Both the position numbers and the translations under genes were made by a program. From an uncultured Anaerolineales bacterium (lineage in GTDB: Bacteria > Chloroflexota > Anaerolineae > Epilineales > Epilineaceae), in NCBI GenBank assembly GCA_964549495.1, contig CAZJWJ010000002.1:28559-92558 (forward strand): a stretch of 64,000 nucleotides of DNA, written 5' to 3'. Position 1 is the first letter of the stretch. Each line of letters opens with the position of its first letter. Shown here piece after piece: positions 61,187 through 64,000 of this stretch. The notes under the pieces are model-generated. The model was not told where the DNA came from. It ran no database searches and saw only the letters and a list, made by a program, of their open reading frames with translations.

Positions 61187-61337
61187 GTGCTGCATCTCCG
61201 AGTCGAGGGATATGGATCGCGCCGCGGGTCCGCGTCCACCAGGGGCGCATGACATCCTAGCTTGCTCTACAATTGACGTGACGGCGAACCGGAATCCTAC
61301 CGTGCAGGTTGCTGCAGAAGGGGCGATAGGCCACATC

Positions 61338-62558
61338 GTGGACGAGGCGCAGCGCTGGAGCCGGGCGCTCAAGTACTCCATCGTCATCGCGACCGGGCTG
61401 GCCATGATCTGGCTGGCGGTGGTCGCGCGCGAGTTGGTCGGCTCCTTGATCATCGCCGCGCTCTTGGCCTACCTGCTCAAGCCGGTGGTCGACCGTCTGC
61501 AGCGCCTGCCCCGGATCTCGCATGAGTTGGCGGTGATCCTGACCTACTCGCTCTTCCTCTTGGTGACCATCGCCCTGCCGATCACGGCCGCGCCGGGCGT
61601 GACCGAGCGCTTCACCCGGCGCCTGAGCTCGCTGGCCGAGCTCTCGGCCCAGGCCCTCGATCGGGCCGACGTGCCCTTGACGCTCGGCGACATCGAGATC
61701 CTGCCGGCCGGCTGGGTCGACGAGCTGATCGAGCCCTTGCGCGGCGCCCTGCCATCCCAGATCTGGGGTTCCTTCGACCTGCTCTACAACATCGGCGCCA
61801 ACGTCATTTGGGTCTTGGTCATCCTGGTCAGCATCTTCTACCTGCTGCGCGACGGGCCCCGCCTGCGCGACTGGTTCATCGCCAAGCTGCCGCCCGAATG
61901 GCGCGGCGACGGCCGGATGTTGCTCGACGAGATCGACCAGGTCTGGCGGCGCTATCTGCGCGGCCAGCTGATCCTGGGCGTGATCGTCGGCGTGATGACC
62001 GTCATCGCCATGCGCGCGGTCGGTCTGCGCGAGGCGGTGGTGCTGGGCATCGTCGCCGGCATCCTCGACTTGGTGCCCTCCTTGGGCCCGATGGTCGCCG
62101 GCCTGATCGCCACCCTGGTGGCCTTCATCGCCGGCTCGACCCTGCTGCCCCTGTCCAACACCTGGTTCGCCCTCTTGGTGCTGGGCCTCTTCCTGCTCAT
62201 CCAGCAGGTCGAGAACGTCTGGCTCCGACCGCAAATCCTGGGCTCCAGCCTGCGCCTGCACCCGGGCCTGGTCTTCGTGGGCGTATTCGGCGCCCTGGCC
62301 ACCTTCGGTGTGCTGGGCGCCCTGATCGTGGTGCCGGTCATCGGCTCGCTGGCCATCCTGGGCCGCTACGCCCACCCGCGCATGCTCGGCTTGCCCGTCG
62401 AGCCTTTGGTCTCGTCCTCGGCGAGGTCCAGCGCGGTGACGTCCTCGGACTCCGCAGCCGCCGCCGAGCGCGTCGAGGATGCCGGCACCTCCGATGCGAT
62501 CGCACCGACCGCCGACGATCATCCGCGGGCCGGCATCGAGTCCGGTCCGGCCGACTGA
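61338..62558 (+). CDS. AI-2E/PerM family transporter
   Basis: LLAYLLKPVV, SIFYLLRDG, YLRGQL, LVPSLGP, IQQVENVWLRP, LHPGLV. Start uncertain; TACAAT at 61268. Confidence 0.9.
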   Translation: MDEAQRWSRALKYSIVIATGLAMIWLAVVARELVGSLIIAALLAYLLKPVVDRLQRLPRISHELAVILTYSLFLLVTIALPITAAPGVTERFTRRLSSLAELSAQALDRADVPLTLGDIEILPAGWVDELIEPLRGALPSQIWGSFDLLYNIGANVIWVLVILVSIFYLLRDGPRLRDWFIAKLPPEWRGDGRMLLDEIDQVWRRYLRGQLILGVIVGVMTVIAMRAVGLREAVVLGIVAGILDLVPSLGPMVAGLIATLVAFIAGSTLLPLSNTWFALLVLGLFLLIQQVENVWLRPQILGSSLRLHPGLVFVGVFGALATFGVLGALIVVPVIGSLAILGRYAHPRMLGLPVEPLVSSSARSSAVTSSDSAAAAERVEDAGTSDAIAPTADDHPRAGIESGPAD

Positions 62559-62568
62559 GGCATTCGGG

Positions 62569-63702
62569 ATGAGCGAACCAAGCCTCTCGTCGGGCGCCAT
62601 GGCCCCGACCCATTTGCGGTGCGGCCCGGGCTTGCGCCCACGCCTGCTGTGCGCCGACAATCTGACCCCGGCGACGCGAACGCCCTGGGGCGGGCATCGC
62701 ATCGCCCAGCGCTACAAGGCAGGACTCGGCCTGCCGCGCGAGATCCCGCTGGGCGAGGCCTGGGAGATCTCGGTCGAGCCCAGCTTCCCCAGCCGGCTTG
62801 CCGACTCGGGCCGATCGCTGGAGGCCGAGATCGCCGGCGATCCGGTGGGCTGGCTCGGGCCGGCCGTCGCAGCGCGCTACGGAGGCGAGCTCCCGCTGCT
62901 GGTCAAGATCCTGGACGCTGGCGCCGACCTTTCGGTCCAGGTGCATCCCGCCGCGGACGATCCCGATCTCGCGCCCGGCGAGAGCGGCAAGCCCGAGGCC
63001 TGGATCATCCTGGAGGCCGACCCGGGCTCGGGCATCTACCTGGGCTTTCGCCAAGGGGTGACCCGCGCGCGCGTCGCCGCGGCCCTGGAGTCGGGTCAGC
63101 CCCTGGACGCGCTCCTAAACTTCGTGCCCGTCGCGCCGGGCCAGGTCTACGAAGTGACGGCCGGAACGGTGCACGCCATCGGTGCCGGCGTGACCCTGGT
63201 CGAGCCGCAGCACGTCACGCCCGGCCTGCGCGGGGTGACCTACCGCCTCTGGGACTGGGGCCGGCGCTATGACGAGGCGGGTCGCCAGGACCCGGCCGGC
63301 CGGCCCCGCCCGCTGCACATCACGCGGGCGCTGGCCGTCACGAACTGGGATGCCCCGCGTGGCCAGGCCTTCGTCGACGCCTGCCGGCGGGAGCCGCAGC
63401 GCCTGGACGGGGCGGGCGGCGGTCTGGAGGGCTGGCATCTGATGCGCAATCCCTACTTCTCCGCCGAGCGCTGGTGCGGTACGGGCCGCGCCAGCCTCGC
63501 GATGCGCGAGCTGCTGGGCCTGGTCTGCATCGCAGGTGAGGCGCGCTTGAACACGGCCGCCGGCGAGCTGAGGCTGCCGGCCGGCCAGAGCGCGGTCGTG
63601 CCGGCTGCCTGTGACCGGGTCGATCTGGAAGGCATGGACCTGGATCTCTATGTTTGCCGTCCGGTCGCGGGCCAGGGCGGAGCCGGCGCCTTCGAGACGT
63701 AG
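62569..63702 (+). CDS. manA: Class I mannose-6-phosphate isomerase (cupin)
   Basis: PWGG, GEAWEIS, PLLVKILDA, LSVQVHP, GKPEAW, GTVHAIG, TYRLWDWGR. Confidence 0.85.
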   Translation: MSEPSLSSGAMAPTHLRCGPGLRPRLLCADNLTPATRTPWGGHRIAQRYKAGLGLPREIPLGEAWEISVEPSFPSRLADSGRSLEAEIAGDPVGWLGPAVAARYGGELPLLVKILDAGADLSVQVHPAADDPDLAPGESGKPEAWIILEADPGSGIYLGFRQGVTRARVAAALESGQPLDALLNFVPVAPGQVYEVTAGTVHAIGAGVTLVEPQHVTPGLRGVTYRLWDWGRRYDEAGRQDPAGRPRPLHITRALAVTNWDAPRGQAFVDACRREPQRLDGAGGGLEGWHLMRNPYFSAERWCGTGRASLAMRELLGLVCIAGEARLNTAAGELRLPAGQSAVVPAACDRVDLEGMDLDLYVCRPVAGQGGAGAFET

Positions 63703-64000
63703 GACCTCGGGCGTCGGTGCGGTGGCGGTGCCGGTAGCGGACTCGGTGGCCGCCATGGTGGCCGCGACAGCGGTGGCCGGCGGCTGACCCTCGGGGCCGG
63801 GCAGCTGGGTGAAGACGAAGAAGGCCAGAACGCCGAGGGCGCCGGCCAATGCCAACGCCGGTAGCTTGGCCAGCCGGCCCGAGAGTCCCAGGCGCCGCCG
63901 GGGCATGGCCTCGGCCACCCGCTCGTCGAAGGCCTGGAGCACCCGGCCTTCCAGCGCTCGCTGGAAGCCGGGCTCCGGCAGCGGCGGCTGCGGTGGCTGG
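63115..64000 (-). CDS. Single-TM protein, 5' end outside window (anti-sigma-like N-terminus); true 3' end uncertain
   Basis: PEPGFQRALEGRV...LPALALAGALGVLAFFVF then an Ala/Thr/Pro linker; the frame stays open antisense to manA down to 63115. Confidence 0.45.
   Translation of the reverse strand, partial: QPPQPPLPEPGFQRALEGRVLQAFDERVAEAMPRRRLGLSGRLAKLPALALAGALGVLAFFVFTQLPGPEGQPPATAVAATMAATESATGTATAPTPEVLRLEGAGSALARDRTANIEIQVHAFQIDPVTGSRHDRALAGRQPQLAGGRVQARLTCDADQAQQLAHREAGAARTAPALGGEVGIAHQMPALQTAARPVQALRLPPAGVDEGLATRGIPVRDGQRPRDVQRAGPAGRVLATRLVIAPAPVPEAVGHPAQAGRDVLRLDQGHAGTDGVHRSGRHFVDLARRDGHEV

Overview
Very GC-rich bacterial chromosomal segment, most likely a Chloroflexota (Anaerolineae-like) organism. 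This is inferred from secreted proteins ending in a Pro/Thr linker plus a YLP[LV]L[QR] tail, the DUF5671-like/NTF2-like gene pair and the N-terminally extended RecG. About 60 genes are supportable. Most are housekeeping: ybeY, pgpH-like 7TM-HD, yqeY, rho, glpX, rlmN, rpe, rpmB, recG, coaD, yceD, rpmF, fabD, fabG, nusB, yggS, yggT, comF, hpf, a folC-folE-SDR-folB-folK cluster and a mannose-6-phosphate isomerase. Accessory content comprises a six-gene MoxR/VWA/DUF58 cluster (8021-17238) headed by a catalytically degenerate peptidase-MA-like protein, a second MoxR-DUF58 pair, a 937-aa secreted protein with six tandem Cys-paired modules, a heterodimeric ABC exporter, two GT2 genes, an ArsR-DUF2087/TPR operon, a DUF433-DUF5615 toxin-antitoxin pair and a Rieske-fused glutamate-synthase-like flavoprotein. 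The strongest unexplained signal is a ~165-nt rod-shaped inverted-repeat element (15942-16107) inside the MoxR/VWA cluster, directly behind a sigma70-like promoter; it is either a 6S-like or novel ncRNA, or a MITE. No CRISPR array, tRNA, rRNA, integrase or transposase was seen. Most long ORFs in the supplied track are GC-rich shadow frames. All family assignments come from motif recognition by eye, not database searches.
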